Assembly: GCA_963748625.1 (NCBI GenBank)
Contig: CAVVJT010000007.1
Coordinates: 1,088,001 to 1,152,000 of the forward strand
Direction of reading: 5' to 3'
Length of the DNA stretch: 64,000 nucleotides
Source: an uncultured Chloroflexia bacterium
Lineage (GTDB): Bacteria > Chloroflexota > Limnocylindria > Limnocylindrales > CSP1-4
The notes under the pieces are model-generated. The model ran no database searches, had not been told where the DNA came from, and saw only the letters and a list, made by a program, of their open reading frames with translations. The position numbers and the translations under genes are program-made. Shown piece after piece: positions 1-10,900 of this stretch (position 1 is the stretch's first letter; each line of letters starts with the position of its first letter).

Positions 1-556
1 GCGTGTGGGACTCGAGCGCGGCCTTGGCCGAGCTCACGACACCGTAGCTCGGCACGACGCGGCTTGAGCCCTCGGACGTCATCGCGTAGATCTTGGAGCC
101 CTGCTGGAGGAACCCGCCGCGCCAGAGGTCCTGGACCCAGTAGACGAGGCTGTTCGCCATGACGTCCTGGGTCATCTCCATCTTCTTGCGGTCCACGCAG
201 CCCTTGGGGTCCTCGGCCAGGAACGGCACAAGCGACCCGAACGCGAGCGAGTGCATGACCACGCGGACATACGGCTCGCGCCCGGCTGCGCGGGAGGCCT
301 CGAAACGCTCTGCCAGCGAGGTCAGGGCCGACGTGCGCTTCTCGTCGTCGGCGGCGTTCATGTTGAGGTACAGCGCCTGGACGCCGAGCGTCTCGATGCG
401 CTCCTTGATCTCCGCGACATGGGCCAGGGCCGCGCGGAAGTCGAGGTGGACGCCGCAGATGTTGTAGCCGGCGGCCGCCAGCGTCAGGGCCGTCGCCTCA
501 CCCATGCCCGAGGAGGCGCCGAGAATCAGGGCCCAGCGCTCGCGGTCGTCGGTCAT
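1..556 (-). CDS. SDR-family enoyl-ACP reductase-like protein (FabL/FabI type), 3' end outside the window
   Basis: My translation of the minus strand from ATG 556 (GGAG RBS at 561-564) gives MTDDRERWALILGASSGMGEA (Rossmann motif) and YGVVSSAK (Y-x6-K catalytic motif). The frame is open to the window edge. Confidence 0.8.
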   Translation of the reverse strand, partial: MTDDRERWALILGASSGMGEATALTLAAAGYNICGVHLDFRAALAHVAEIKERIETLGVQALYLNMNAADDEKRTSALTSLAERFEASRAAGREPYVRVVMHSLAFGSLVPFLAEDPKGCVDRKKMEMTQDVMANSLVYWVQDLWRGGFLQQGSKIYAMTSEGSSRVVPSYGVVSSAKAALESHT

Positions 557-676
557 CGTGCTCCTCCGGGGGGACTGCAGGGGATCCGCGGCAGGGGCAT
601 CGCGGCACAGCGGAGTCTACCAGCGCGGGATACACGGCCCGAACCCGCGCAGCGCGCGCCCCTTGACGGCCAGGTG

Positions 677-714
677 TATTTTGGCATCGACCTAATTCGT
701 CGAATGCCGAAATA
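677..714. promoter_or_regulatory. Inverted repeat, probable ArsR/SdpR operator
   Basis: TATTTTGGCAT (677-687) and ATGCCGAAATA (704-714) are inverted with one mismatch. AT-rich, just after TTGACG (663-668) and directly before the ArsR start codon. Confidence 0.65.
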
Positions 715-718
715 GGAG

Positions 719-1003
719 ATGGTGACGAACCGCGTCTACAAGGCCCTCGCGGACCCCACCCGCCGGCGCATCCTCGCGCTCCTCCGGGAGCGCCCGATGA
801 CCGCGGGCGAGCTCGCGTCCCAGTTCGAGCTCGCGTGGCCCACGATGTCCGGCCACTTCGCCGTCCTGCGCGAGGCGGGCCTCATCCAGGCCGAGCGCGC
901 GGGCTCGACCCTCACCTACCGGCTCAATCAAACCGTGCTCCAGGAGGCCCTCATGGCGCTCATGGACATGCTCGGGGTGGATCCCACGGAGCGCCCAGCA
1001 TGA
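719..1003 (+). CDS. ArsR/SmtB-family repressor (SdpR-like)
   Basis: YKALADPTRRRILALL...MSGHFAVLREAGLI winged HTH; lies upstream of an SdpI-like gene. Confidence 0.9.
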   Translation: MVTNRVYKALADPTRRRILALLRERPMTAGELASQFELAWPTMSGHFAVLREAGLIQAERAGSTLTYRLNQTVLQEALMALMDMLGVDPTERPA

Positions 1004-1677
1004 ACCTGCGCACCTTCTACATCGTTGCTGCAGTTGGCATCGTCGCGCAGCTCGCCCTCGCCGCATGGGGGTTCGTCCAGGTCGGCTTCACCGGGACCGT
1101 GCCCATGCATTGGGGCGTGAACGGCGAGGTGGACGCGTGGGGACCCGCCTGGCTCTCGTTCCTGCTCGCACCGGTCGTGTCGATCGGCCTCACCGCGCTG
1201 TTCGGCGTGCTGCCCCGCTTCGAGCCGCGCCGGGAGAACCTGCAGCGCTCGGCACGCGCGTACCGCCAGCTGGGGATCGCGGTGATCGCGCTGATGACGC
1301 TGGTGGAGATCGGCGTCGTGCTGGCGGCCACGGGCCGCGACGTGCCGATGGCGTTCCTCATGGGTGTCGGGGTTGGCGTGCTGTTCATGGTCATCGGCAA
1401 CCAGATGGGCACGGTGCGCGCGAACTACATGTTCGGCGTGCGCACACCCTGGACGCTCACCAGCGACCTCGCCTGGGACAAGACGCACCGGCTGATGGGG
1501 CGCCTCTTCTTCCTGGGCGGCCTGGGCCTGGTGCTGCTGTCCCTGTTCGGTCGGCCCGAGATCGTGCTCGTCGCGATGCTCGTGTTCATCGGGGCCATCC
1601 TCGTGGTCGGCTTCGTCTACTCCTACCAGGTCTGGAAGACCGATCCGGACAAGCACACGAACGGGAGCGTCTTGTGA
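1000..1677 (+). CDS. SdpI-family immunity membrane protein (DUF1648 + SdpI)
   Basis: ATGA overlap with the ArsR gene; VPMHWGVNGEVDAW and NYMFGVRTPWTLTSDLAWDKTHR motifs; about 6 TM segments. Confidence 0.9.
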   Translation: MNLRTFYIVAAVGIVAQLALAAWGFVQVGFTGTVPMHWGVNGEVDAWGPAWLSFLLAPVVSIGLTALFGVLPRFEPRRENLQRSARAYRQLGIAVIALMTLVEIGVVLAATGRDVPMAFLMGVGVGVLFMVIGNQMGTVRANYMFGVRTPWTLTSDLAWDKTHRLMGRLFFLGGLGLVLLSLFGRPEIVLVAMLVFIGAILVVGFVYSYQVWKTDPDKHTNGSVL

Positions 1678-3026
1678 ACCTGCCCGACGGATTCGATCCC
1701 GCGCTTCTGCTGTTGATCGTCCCGCTCGTCCTGCTGGAGCTGGGCCTCCTCGTCTACGCCATCTACGACCTGCTCAAGGAGGGTCGGTACGTGCGGGGTG
1801 GCTCGAAGGCCGCCTGGGCCGTGGTGATCCTGTTCCTCAACGGCATCGGGCCGCTCGTCTACCTGCTCGCGGGCCGGGTGGACCGCCCTGCCGACGATCC
1901 TCCAGCCCAGGGGCAGCCCGGTTGGGGCAGCCCCCACGATCCGCCGCCTGCCGGCACGGTGCCGCCGCCTGCCGGCACGACACCCACACCCACGTGGGCC
2001 CAGCCCGGCGCATCCACGCCCGCCGCGTCCCCACCCGCCGCGTCCCCACCCGCCGCGTCCCCACCCGCCGGGCCGGCGGCCATCGCGATCACCGGGCTCA
2101 CGAAGCGCTACGGCGGCGGCGGCGTCCTGGCCCTCGACGCACTCGATCTCATCGTCCCGAAGGGCTCCGTGTTCGGTCTGCTCGGACCGAACGGCGCCGG
2201 CAAGACGACCACCCTGCGCATCATCGCCGGCCTCACCCGGCCGACGGGAGGGCGCGCGGTGGTGGACGGCACCGCTGTCGACGATGATCCGCTGGCCGTA
2301 CGCCGGCACCTCGGCTTCCTCGAGCAGGACCCGCGCGCCTACGGCTGGATGACCGGCCGCGAGCAGGTGGCCCTGCTGGGCCGCATGCACGGGCTGGCCG
2401 GGGACGCCCTCGCGGACGCCGTCGCCGGCGCCCTCGCACGCGTGGACCTCGGCGCCGCGGCCGACCGGAGGACGGGCACCTACTCGGGCGGGATGCGCCA
2501 GCGCCTGGGGATCGCGGGGGCGCTCGTGCATCGGCCGCCCATCGTGATCCTCGATGAGCCGGCGAGCGCCCTCGATCCGGAGGGGCGACGAGACGTCCTG
2601 GAGATGATCGCCTCGCTGCGCGGCGAGACCACCGTCCTCTTCTCCTCCCACGTCCTCGCCGACGTCGAGCGGATCTGCGACCGGATCGCCATCCTCGACC
2701 ATGGCCGCCTCGTGGTGGAGGGACCGCTGGCCGAGCTCCTGGATCGCTACGCCCTCCCCGTCTACCGCGTGGAGGCGGAGTCCGGCGAGGGGGCTGCGCT
2801 GGAGCAGCTCGCCGCCACCCTCCGCACAACACCGTGGGTCACGGCAGCCGCCGTGGAGCACGGCGTGCTCACGGTCGCCGTGGCCGACCCGGCCGTGGCC
2901 GCCCGGGAGCTCCTGCCGGCGATCTCCGCCGCCGGGGTGCCGGTGGTCTCGGTGGCGCGCGCACGCCCGACCCTCGAGGACGTGTTCCTGCGCCTGACCG
3001 GCGATGACCGGGAGGCGGCGGCATGA
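1674..3026 (+). CDS. ABC transporter ATPase with N-terminal PLDc_N-like two-TM domain and Pro/Ala linker
   Basis: GTG 1674 overlaps the upstream stop; SKAAWAVVILFLNGIGPLVYLLAGR; Walker A GPNGAGKT, signature YSGGMRQR, Walker B ILDEP. Confidence 0.88.
   Translation: MNLPDGFDPALLLLIVPLVLLELGLLVYAIYDLLKEGRYVRGGSKAAWAVVILFLNGIGPLVYLLAGRVDRPADDPPAQGQPGWGSPHDPPPAGTVPPPAGTTPTPTWAQPGASTPAASPPAASPPAASPPAGPAAIAITGLTKRYGGGGVLALDALDLIVPKGSVFGLLGPNGAGKTTTLRIIAGLTRPTGGRAVVDGTAVDDDPLAVRRHLGFLEQDPRAYGWMTGREQVALLGRMHGLAGDALADAVAGALARVDLGAAADRRTGTYSGGMRQRLGIAGALVHRPPIVILDEPASALDPEGRRDVLEMIASLRGETTVLFSSHVLADVERICDRIAILDHGRLVVEGPLAELLDRYALPVYRVEAESGEGAALEQLAATLRTTPWVTAAAVEHGVLTVAVADPAVAARELLPAISAAGVPVVSVARARPTLEDVFLRLTGDDREAAA
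2019..2069 (+). repeat. Coding 15 bp tandem repeat (PAASP x3+) in the ABC linker
   Basis: CCCGCCGCGTCCCCA three times plus a partial copy; a 21 bp-period PPPAGT duplication lies just upstream (~1941-1979). Confidence 0.9.
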
Positions 3027-3796
3027 CCGGCCTGCGCGTCCTGCTGGGCAAGGAGCTGCGCGAGGCATGGCGCACGCGGCGCCTGCCGGTGGTGGCCATC
3101 CTCTTCGTGATCGTGGGCATCCTCTCGCCGCTGACCGCGCGCTACCTCAATGAGATCCTGGAGGTGGCGCTCGCGGGCCAGCTGCCGATGGCCCTCCCCG
3201 ACCCCACGATCGCCACCGTGGTGGAGCAGCTCCAGAAGAACCTGGGCCAGCTTGGTGCCCTCGCTGCAATCGCACTCGCGATGGGATCGGTCGCAGGCGA
3301 GCTCGACAAGGGCACGGCGGCGCTCATCCTGGCGCAGCCCGTGACGCGGCCGGCGTTCCTGCTGGCCAAGCTGGTCGCCCTCGCGGTGGTGCTGCTGGTG
3401 TGCACCGTGCTCGGCGTGGCCGTGGCCTGGATCTATACCGCGATCCTGTTCGAGCCGGCCTCGATCGGGGGCTGGCTCGCCTTCGCCGTGCTCGCCTGGC
3501 TGGCGCTCCTGGCATGGGCATCCATCACGTTCCTCGCCTCGACGGTGACTGGATCCACCACCGCGGCGGCCGGCCTCGGCTTCGTGGCGCTCATCGTGCT
3601 GAGCCTGCTCGCGGTGCTGCCGGCGCTGGACCACGTCCTGCCAACCGGCCTCGCCCTCCCGGCATCGCTCCTCGCCGCGGGCAACGACGGAGCAGTCGAG
3701 GTCGGCAACCTGGCGACCGCCGTGGCTGGGACCGTGGTCCTGGTCGTGGCGTGTGCGGCGGGCGCCATCGCGTCGCTCCGCCGCCGGGAGCTGTAG
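3023..3796 (+). CDS. ABC-2 type permease
   Basis: LLGKELREAWRT start; GELDKGTAALILAQPVTR...LLAK motif; about 6 TM; coupled to the ATPase gene. Confidence 0.9.
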   Translation: MTGLRVLLGKELREAWRTRRLPVVAILFVIVGILSPLTARYLNEILEVALAGQLPMALPDPTIATVVEQLQKNLGQLGALAAIALAMGSVAGELDKGTAALILAQPVTRPAFLLAKLVALAVVLLVCTVLGVAVAWIYTAILFEPASIGGWLAFAVLAWLALLAWASITFLASTVTGSTTAAAGLGFVALIVLSLLAVLPALDHVLPTGLALPASLLAAGNDGAVEVGNLATAVAGTVVLVVACAAGAIASLRRREL

Positions 3797-4014
3797 GCGC
3801 ACGTGACCGGAGGACGCCGCGGACGCCGCGACGCCGGCTGTCGTGGATCGCGCGATCCACGCCCCAGTCCCGCCGCGACGGGTCCCCGGACCGTTGCGCT
3901 CCAGCACGCGACAGGTGTCGACGTCGCGCCACGGCAACGTGAACGCGCAGAACCGCCACAATGCCCGCACCACACCACCGTCCAAGGGGGAGGGCACCGG
4001 ATCCTCCGGAATCC

Positions 4015-7000
4015 ATGAGCGACACGGACCTGCCGGCCGCCGCACGTGCGGCCGGCTCGCAGCACCCGGAGCCCGAGGTGGCGCGGGACCGTCCCGACGC
4101 CTATATCGCGCGCGACCGGCGACGGGCGCTGCATGCCGGCCGGAACCTGCCTGACCGCGTCCAGGGCGCGGCCCTCTTCGCCGACATCAGCGGCTTCACC
4201 CCGCTCACGGAGGCGCTGGCCGGCGAGCTCGGGCCACAGCGGGGCGCGGAGGAGCTGGTCGCCAACATCGGGCGCGTGTTCCACGCCGTGATCGCCGAGC
4301 TCGATGCCTACGACGGCAACGTCATCTCTTTCGCCGGCGATGCGATCACCTGCTGGATCGACGGCGACGACGGCTCGCGCGCGTGCGCGGCGGCGATGGG
4401 CATGCAGGAGGCCATCGCCCGCACCGGCACCATCACCACGCCCGGCGGGACCATCGTGCAGCTCGCGATGAAGGTTGCGGTCGCGGTGGGCAGCGCCCGC
4501 AGGTTCGTCGTGGGCGACCCGGACATCCAGTTGATCGACGTCCTCGCCGGACGCCTGCTCGACACGCTGGCCGCCGCCGAGCACCACGCCGAGAAGGGCG
4601 AGATCGTGCTCGACCAGTCCGTCGTGGCGGCGATCGGGCCACGCCTGGTCCTGGGCGCATCGCGCGAGGATCCCGACACCGAGCGCACGCTACGGGTCCT
4701 GCTCGACCTGCGGGGCGATCTGCGGGGCGACGTGCCGGTCGTGCCGAGCGACGAGCCGGACCCGCTGCCGGACGACGTCGTCAGCCAGTGGCTGCTGCCG
4801 GCGGTGTACGAGCGGATGCGCACCGGGCGTGGCGAGTTCCTCGCCGAGCTGCGCCCGGCGATCCCGATCTTCCTCCGCTTCTCCGGTATCGACTACGACG
4901 GCGCCGAGGATGCGGTGGCCAAGCTCGACGACTTCGTTCGCGCGGCCCAGCGGGTGATGCACGGCTACGGGGGCAACGTCCTGCAGCTGACCCTCGGCGA
5001 CAAGGGCGCCTACCTGTATGGCGTGTTCGGCTCGCCGCGAGCCCACGAGGACGACGCCGCGCGCGCGGCTGCGGCGGCGCTCGAGCTGCGCGACCTCGAC
5101 CGCTCCACGGCCGTCCGGGACATCACGGTCGGCGTGGCGCACGGCCGGCTCCGGAGCGGCTCGTACGGGCATGCCATGCGTCGCACCTTCGTGTGCATGG
5201 GTGACGCGGTCAACCTCGCCGCACGCCTGATGACCAAGGCCCCGCCGGGATCGATCTACGTTGCCGACACCGTCCGTCAGGATGCCGGGGAGGCCTTCAT
5301 CTGGCAGCGCCTGGAGCCCCTCCGCCTCAAGGGCAAGGCAGAGGCCGTGCAGGCGTGGTCGCTGACCGGCTCGCTGGAGGGTGCCTCGCGCCGCAAGACC
5401 CGGTTCGAGTTGGACCTTGTCGGCCGGCTGGCGGAGCTCGAGGTCCTCGACCACGCCCACGCGGGCGCCCTGGCGGGTCGCGGCGCCGTCGTCGGGATCG
5501 CCGCTGAGGCCGGGATGGGCAAGTCCCGCCTGGTGGCGGAGTTCGTGCGCAACGCGCGCCGCGGCGGCCACATGGTCGTCTTCGGGGAATGCCAGGCGTA
5601 CGGCACCAGGACGCCGTACTTCGTGTGGCGGGAGATCTGGCGCCGCCTGTTCGGCCTCGAGGACGAACCGGTCGAGGCGCAGATCGCAACCCTCGAAGGG
5701 CAGCTGGCAGCCGTCAGCCCGGGCCTTGTCGCCCGTGCTCCGCTCCTTGCCGACGTCGTGGGGCTGCCCATCCCCGACACCGACCTGACGCGCAGCTTCG
5801 ACGCCAAGCTGCGGAAGGCCTCGCTCGAGGAGCTGCTCGGAGACGTCCTGCGCGCTCGCGCGGCCGAGGCTCCGTTCGTGGCAGTCCTCGAGGACTGCCA
5901 CTGGATCGACGAGCTGTCCCGCGACCTGCTGCACGGGCTCATCCGGGCGGCGAGCCAGCTCCCGGTCCTGTTCGTGCTCGCCTACCGTCCGGCAACGGAG
6001 CCCGGCGGTGGCCTAGGGGTCGCGGACGAGCCAGGTTTCACCGAGCTCGAGCTGGACCTGATGGATGCCGGCAGCATCGCAGTCCTCGCCCGCGCCAAGG
6101 CCAGCCAGCTCGCCGGCGCCGATGCGGTCGTCAGCGACGACCTGGTGACGCTCGTCGCCAGCCGTGCCGAAGGCAACCCGTTCTACGCCGAGGAACTGCT
6201 CTCCTACCTCGTCGCCCGGGGCGTGGACCTCGCCGATCCCGCCTCGGCAGCGACCGTCAGCGTCCCCGACAGCCTCCACAGCCTCGTGCTCTCGCGGATC
6301 GACGCCGCGGCCGAGAGCCCTCGCCGCACCATGAAGGTGGCCAGCGTTGTCGGCCGGGTCTTCGAGGCGCCGGTGCTGCCAGGCGCGTACGAGGAGCTGG
6401 GCTCGCTCGAGACAGTGGTGGGCGACCTCGAGGCCCTCCGCTCGCTCGACCTGGTCTCGCTCGATCGGGCCGAGGAGCAGGCCTGGATGTTCAAGCACGT
6501 GGTCACCCAGGAGGTGGCCTACGAGAGCCTGCCGTTCGCGCTCCGAGCGGACCTCCACGGGAGGGTGGGGGCCTACCTGGAGCGGCGGGAGGCGCAGGAC
6601 CTCGACCGCTGGGTGCCGCTCCTGGAGCACCACTACTGGCGGAGTGACCGGGAGGACAAGAAGCGCCTGTACCTCCGCCTCGCGGCCGAGGCGGCGCAGG
6701 CGTCCTACGCGAACCAGGCCGCGATCGCGTACTACGACCGGCTGATCCCCCTCCTCGAGGACGCCGAGCAGGTGGACGCGCAACTGAAGCTCGCGAAGGT
6801 CCTGGAGCTGACAGGCGCCTGGGTGCGCTCCGAGGAGATCGTGGGTGAGGCACGAGCCACGGCGGTCGGTCTGGCGGACACCGGCCGCGTTGCCTGGTGC
6901 GACACCGCCCTGGCCGAGGCCGCGCGCAAGCAGGGCCGGTACGACGAGGCCGGTGAACGCCTGGCGGCAGCGCGGGCAGGCTTCGAGGGGGTCGGTGCAG

Positions 7001-7776
7001 ACGACGGCCTCGGGCAGGTGCTGCACCTCGCCGGCACGCTCGCGGCGCAGCGCGGCGACTACGCGGCGGCGCGCGGGCGCTACCTCGAGTCGCTGCCGAT
7101 CCGCCACCGGCTCGGGGATCGCTCCGGTGAGGCCGCGCTCTACTCGAACCTGGGCGTGGTTGCCGAGTACTCCGGCGACTACGCGGCGGCCCGCACGTTC
7201 AACGAGCGCGCCCTCGCGGTGCGCACGGAACTGGGTGACCGCTGGGCGATCGGCGTGTCGCAGAACAACCTGGGGATGATTGCGCTCCATGAGCGGAGGT
7301 TTGCCGAGGCGCGCGCGTGCTTCGAGGAGTCCATGCGCCTCAACCGGGAGGTCGGCGACGCCTGGATGGTGGCGATCGGCCACAACAACCTGGGCAACGC
7401 GGCACGCGGTCTGGGCGACCTCGCGGCTGCCCGGGCGAGCTACGCGCAGAGCCTGCGCGCCTACCAGGCCTACGACGACCGGTGGGCCCTGGCCTTCCTC
7501 CTGGAGGACACTGCGATCCTCGGAGCCCGGCTCGGTGCTGCCGAGCGTGCGTTCGAGCTGCTGGGGGCCGCGGAGACGATGCGGACAGGGATCAACTCGC
7601 CTCGGGGCGCGGCCCTGGAAGAGGAGCTGAACGGCCATCTCGCGCAGGCAATGTCTGTGATTGGCACCGAGCGTGCCAATGCTGCGGTGCTGCGCGGCCG
7701 GAGGCTCGACACCGGGGCGGCGGTCAAGGTGGCATTGGAGCTGTGCCTCGACGCACCGGGTACCATCACGTTATAG
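4015..7776 (+). CDS. Class III adenylate/guanylate cyclase (two catalytic domains) + STAND/AAA ATPase + TPR repeats
   Basis: Domain 1 FADISGFT/FAGDA; domain 2 GDKG/GDAVNLAARL; P-loop AEAGMGKS; Walker B VLEDCHWID; GNPFY; FKH; C-terminal NNLG TPR repeats. Confidence 0.92.
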   Translation: MSDTDLPAAARAAGSQHPEPEVARDRPDAYIARDRRRALHAGRNLPDRVQGAALFADISGFTPLTEALAGELGPQRGAEELVANIGRVFHAVIAELDAYDGNVISFAGDAITCWIDGDDGSRACAAAMGMQEAIARTGTITTPGGTIVQLAMKVAVAVGSARRFVVGDPDIQLIDVLAGRLLDTLAAAEHHAEKGEIVLDQSVVAAIGPRLVLGASREDPDTERTLRVLLDLRGDLRGDVPVVPSDEPDPLPDDVVSQWLLPAVYERMRTGRGEFLAELRPAIPIFLRFSGIDYDGAEDAVAKLDDFVRAAQRVMHGYGGNVLQLTLGDKGAYLYGVFGSPRAHEDDAARAAAAALELRDLDRSTAVRDITVGVAHGRLRSGSYGHAMRRTFVCMGDAVNLAARLMTKAPPGSIYVADTVRQDAGEAFIWQRLEPLRLKGKAEAVQAWSLTGSLEGASRRKTRFELDLVGRLAELEVLDHAHAGALAGRGAVVGIAAEAGMGKSRLVAEFVRNARRGGHMVVFGECQAYGTRTPYFVWREIWRRLFGLEDEPVEAQIATLEGQLAAVSPGLVARAPLLADVVGLPIPDTDLTRSFDAKLRKASLEELLGDVLRARAAEAPFVAVLEDCHWIDELSRDLLHGLIRAASQLPVLFVLAYRPATEPGGGLGVADEPGFTELELDLMDAGSIAVLARAKASQLAGADAVVSDDLVTLVASRAEGNPFYAEELLSYLVARGVDLADPASAATVSVPDSLHSLVLSRIDAAAESPRRTMKVASVVGRVFEAPVLPGAYEELGSLETVVGDLEALRSLDLVSLDRAEEQAWMFKHVVTQEVAYESLPFALRADLHGRVGAYLERREAQDLDRWVPLLEHHYWRSDREDKKRLYLRLAAEAAQASYANQAAIAYYDRLIPLLEDAEQVDAQLKLAKVLELTGAWVRSEEIVGEARATAVGLADTGRVAWCDTALAEAARKQGRYDEAGERLAAARAGFEGVGADDGLGQVLHLAGTLAAQRGDYAAARGRYLESLPIRHRLGDRSGEAALYSNLGVVAEYSGDYAAARTFNERALAVRTELGDRWAIGVSQNNLGMIALHERRFAEARACFEESMRLNREVGDAWMVAIGHNNLGNAARGLGDLAAARASYAQSLRAYQAYDDRWALAFLLEDTAILGARLGAAERAFELLGAAETMRTGINSPRGAALEEELNGHLAQAMSVIGTERANAAVLRGRRLDTGAAVKVALELCLDAPGTITL

Positions 7777-7907
7777 GCCATTCGGCATACTGAAAATGGC
7801 CCAAACGTCACATTACCCGTTGCCGTGACCTCCAAGAACGCGTAGTGTCACGGCCACTCGCGTCCCCGTGCCCTGGACTCGAGCACCTCCGTCACTCGAG
7901 GTTCACG

Positions 7908-10900
7908 ATGCGCTTCCGTCCCGTCCGCTTCGGTCCGACCCATTCCGGCAGCACGCCGAGCCGCGGCAGACCACGGATCGCGAAGCGGGCCGCGTCGCTG
8001 GGCGCTGCCGCGGTCATGGCGGCCACGAGCGTGCTGTCCATCGCGCCGGCGCCGGCGCGCGCGGCCGAGTACATGGTGGTCTCGACCGATGACAGCGGCG
8101 CGGGCACGCTGCGCCAGGCGATCCTCGACGCCAACGCGAGCCCCGGCTCCGATGTCATCTCGTTCGGATTCGAGGGACCCTACCCCCTCGTCATCCAGCC
8201 GGCGACGCCGCTCCCCGCCATCACCGGCAGCGTCACGATCGACGGGTCGATCGGTGGCAATCCCGCGATCCGGCTTGACGGCACCCTCATCGCGGACGTC
8301 GTCGGGAGCCTGAACGAGAACGGCCTGACCCTGAACGGGGGCGCCGGCGGCTCCACGATCACCGGCCTCCAGGTCGTGCGCTTCCCGGACAGCGGCATCA
8401 TGCTCAACGGCGTCTCCGGCGTGACGGTCGAAGGCAACTACCTCGGCACGGACGGCGCGGCCGACCTGGGCAACGGCGGCTACGGGCTCACCCTCTTGGG
8501 CGCCAACGGCAACACCATCCTGGGCAACGTGGCCTCCGGCAACGGCGCCCCGGCGGGCACCGGCGGCTGCTGCTCGGCCGGATTCGGCATCTGGCTGGGC
8601 GACGCGAATGCGGCCAACAACACCATCAAGGGCAACCGCATCGGGACCAACGCCGCCGGCACCGCGGCGATCGGCAACCAGAACTACGGCCTCGAGGTCC
8701 GCTCCCCGGACAACACGATCGGCGGGACCACCGCGGCGGACCGGAACCTCATCTCCGGCAACGGCCGGGGCGTGCACTTCGTCGGCACGACCCTCCAGGG
8801 CAATGTGTTCCAGGGGAACCGCGTGGGCACGAACGCGGCTGGCACGGCCGCGATCGCCAACGGCTCGCAGGCCATCCTTCTCAACGGCACCGACGACGCC
8901 ATCACGATCGGCGGGACCGCCGCTGGAGCCGGCAATCTCATCTCCGGCAACGGGAGCGCGATCATCCTGGGGTCGTCCTCGAACGCGCTGATCCAGGGCA
9001 ACCTGGTCGGCGTCGCCGCCGACGGCACCACGCCGCTCGGCAACGGGGGCGCGGGCGTCACCCTCAATCCCGGCACGAGCGCCACCGTCGGCGGGTCCGC
9101 GGCCGGCGCCGGCAACGTGATCGCCAACAACACCGGGGCGGGAGTCCTGGTCCTCGACCCATCGACCGGCAACAGCATCCTGGGCAACTCGATTCACGAC
9201 AACGGCGCCCTCGGCATCGACCTCGGCAACAGTGGCGTCACGGCGAACGACGCCGGCGACGTGGACACCGGGGCCAACGGGCTCCAGAACTTCCCGGTCA
9301 TCACCTCCACCAGCCCCACCAATGTCGCTGGGACCCTGGACTCCGCGCCGGGCGCCACCTACCGCATCGAGTTGTTCAGCAACACCACATGCGACGCGAG
9401 CGAGCATGGTGAGGGCGCCCAGCTGCTCAAGGTGGCCGTCGGACAGGCCCCAGGGCCGATCGGATTCGACGTCCCGGTGTTCAACGGCACCTTCCTGACT
9501 GCGACGGCCACCAACGAGACCACCGGTGAGACGTCGGAATTCGGCCCCTGCTTCGAGGTCACGGACGCGCTCCCTGCCCCAGGCTCGTGGTCGGCCTTCA
9601 AGAGCGCCACGACCGCCGGCACGTTCATGGCCGCCGGCAACGGTGCCGCCGGTCCGGCGCAGTTCACCTACGACCGCCTCGACCCACTTCCCAATGTGGC
9701 CGACGGCGGCGGGGAGTCCGGCGAGTGGACGTTCTTCACCACCGCGGGCTCGCCAGGGTCCATCACCGTTCCATGGCGCTACACCGGCTTCCACGCCTTC
9801 GCGGGGGTGACCGTCGGCCTGCGTGCCGTCGTGATCCGGGACGGCGACACCGAGGTGTCCAGCGAGGTGCTTGTCGATGCCGGGCCGCAGTCGTGCTGCA
9901 CGACGCCGTCCGCCGGCTTCGACTACACCGGCAGCGCCACGTTCGCGGTCCAGGCCGGCGACGTCTACGGCTTCGAGCTGACCGGCACCAACGGCGACAG
10001 CAACGACACCCTCAAGGGACAGCTCATCCTGGGCACCCAGGTCCCGACGAGCTGCTCCAACGCGCAAACGCTGTACGACACGACGTCCGACGGCCGGTAC
10101 GTCATCCACCCGATCGATGGCCAGCAGTTCTCCGTGTACTGCGACGGCATGAACGACACGCCGCGCGACTACCTGGACCTCAACGTGGAGCGGATCGGCC
10201 AGGGGTACAACTTCGCCTCCTACGACGCGGGCGATTCGCAGGGCACCGACGTCGTCACCAGCTTCACGAAGCTCCGCTTCGACCCGGCGACCCTCCGGGT
10301 GGACATCGGCGACCTCACGTTCGCCACCTCGACCGGCAGCCTGACCCATCCCGACCAGGGCGGCCCACAGACCGTGGCGTCCATGCCGTACGGCGTGGCC
10401 ATGGCCTGCAACAGCGGGGAGTGGGGCGACGGCGCCGCCAACGTGGACCTCTGGGGCACGCCGTTCGCGGTGGACGACGCCTGGGTCCCGCTGGGCACCG
10501 GCTCCGAGTTCTACGGCGGCGCGATCTTCTCGGGTGCGGACCAGACGGTGGACATCACCGCCAACGGCTTCTGCGGCTGGCGGACGCCGGACCCCGCGAC
10601 GTCGTTCTTCGTGTGGGAGACGCCGCCCGGCCAGGCCTACCTGCAGCTGCGCTACCTGAACGCACCCCCGGAGCCCACGCTCGCCACGCCAGTCCTGTTC
10701 GCGTCGGTCACCACGGCGCCGAACACCGCCGACGTGTACGGCCTCGTGGCCGGCGCGGCGAACCAGCACCTCGACCTCGAGATCCACGCCAGCGCGGCCT
10801 GCGTGGGCGGCGTGCTGCAGGATCCCGCACCCGTGATCGGCTCGGCCTCGGTCACGACCGACGCTGAAGGCTACTTCAAGGTGGCCGGCCAGTCCGGCCT

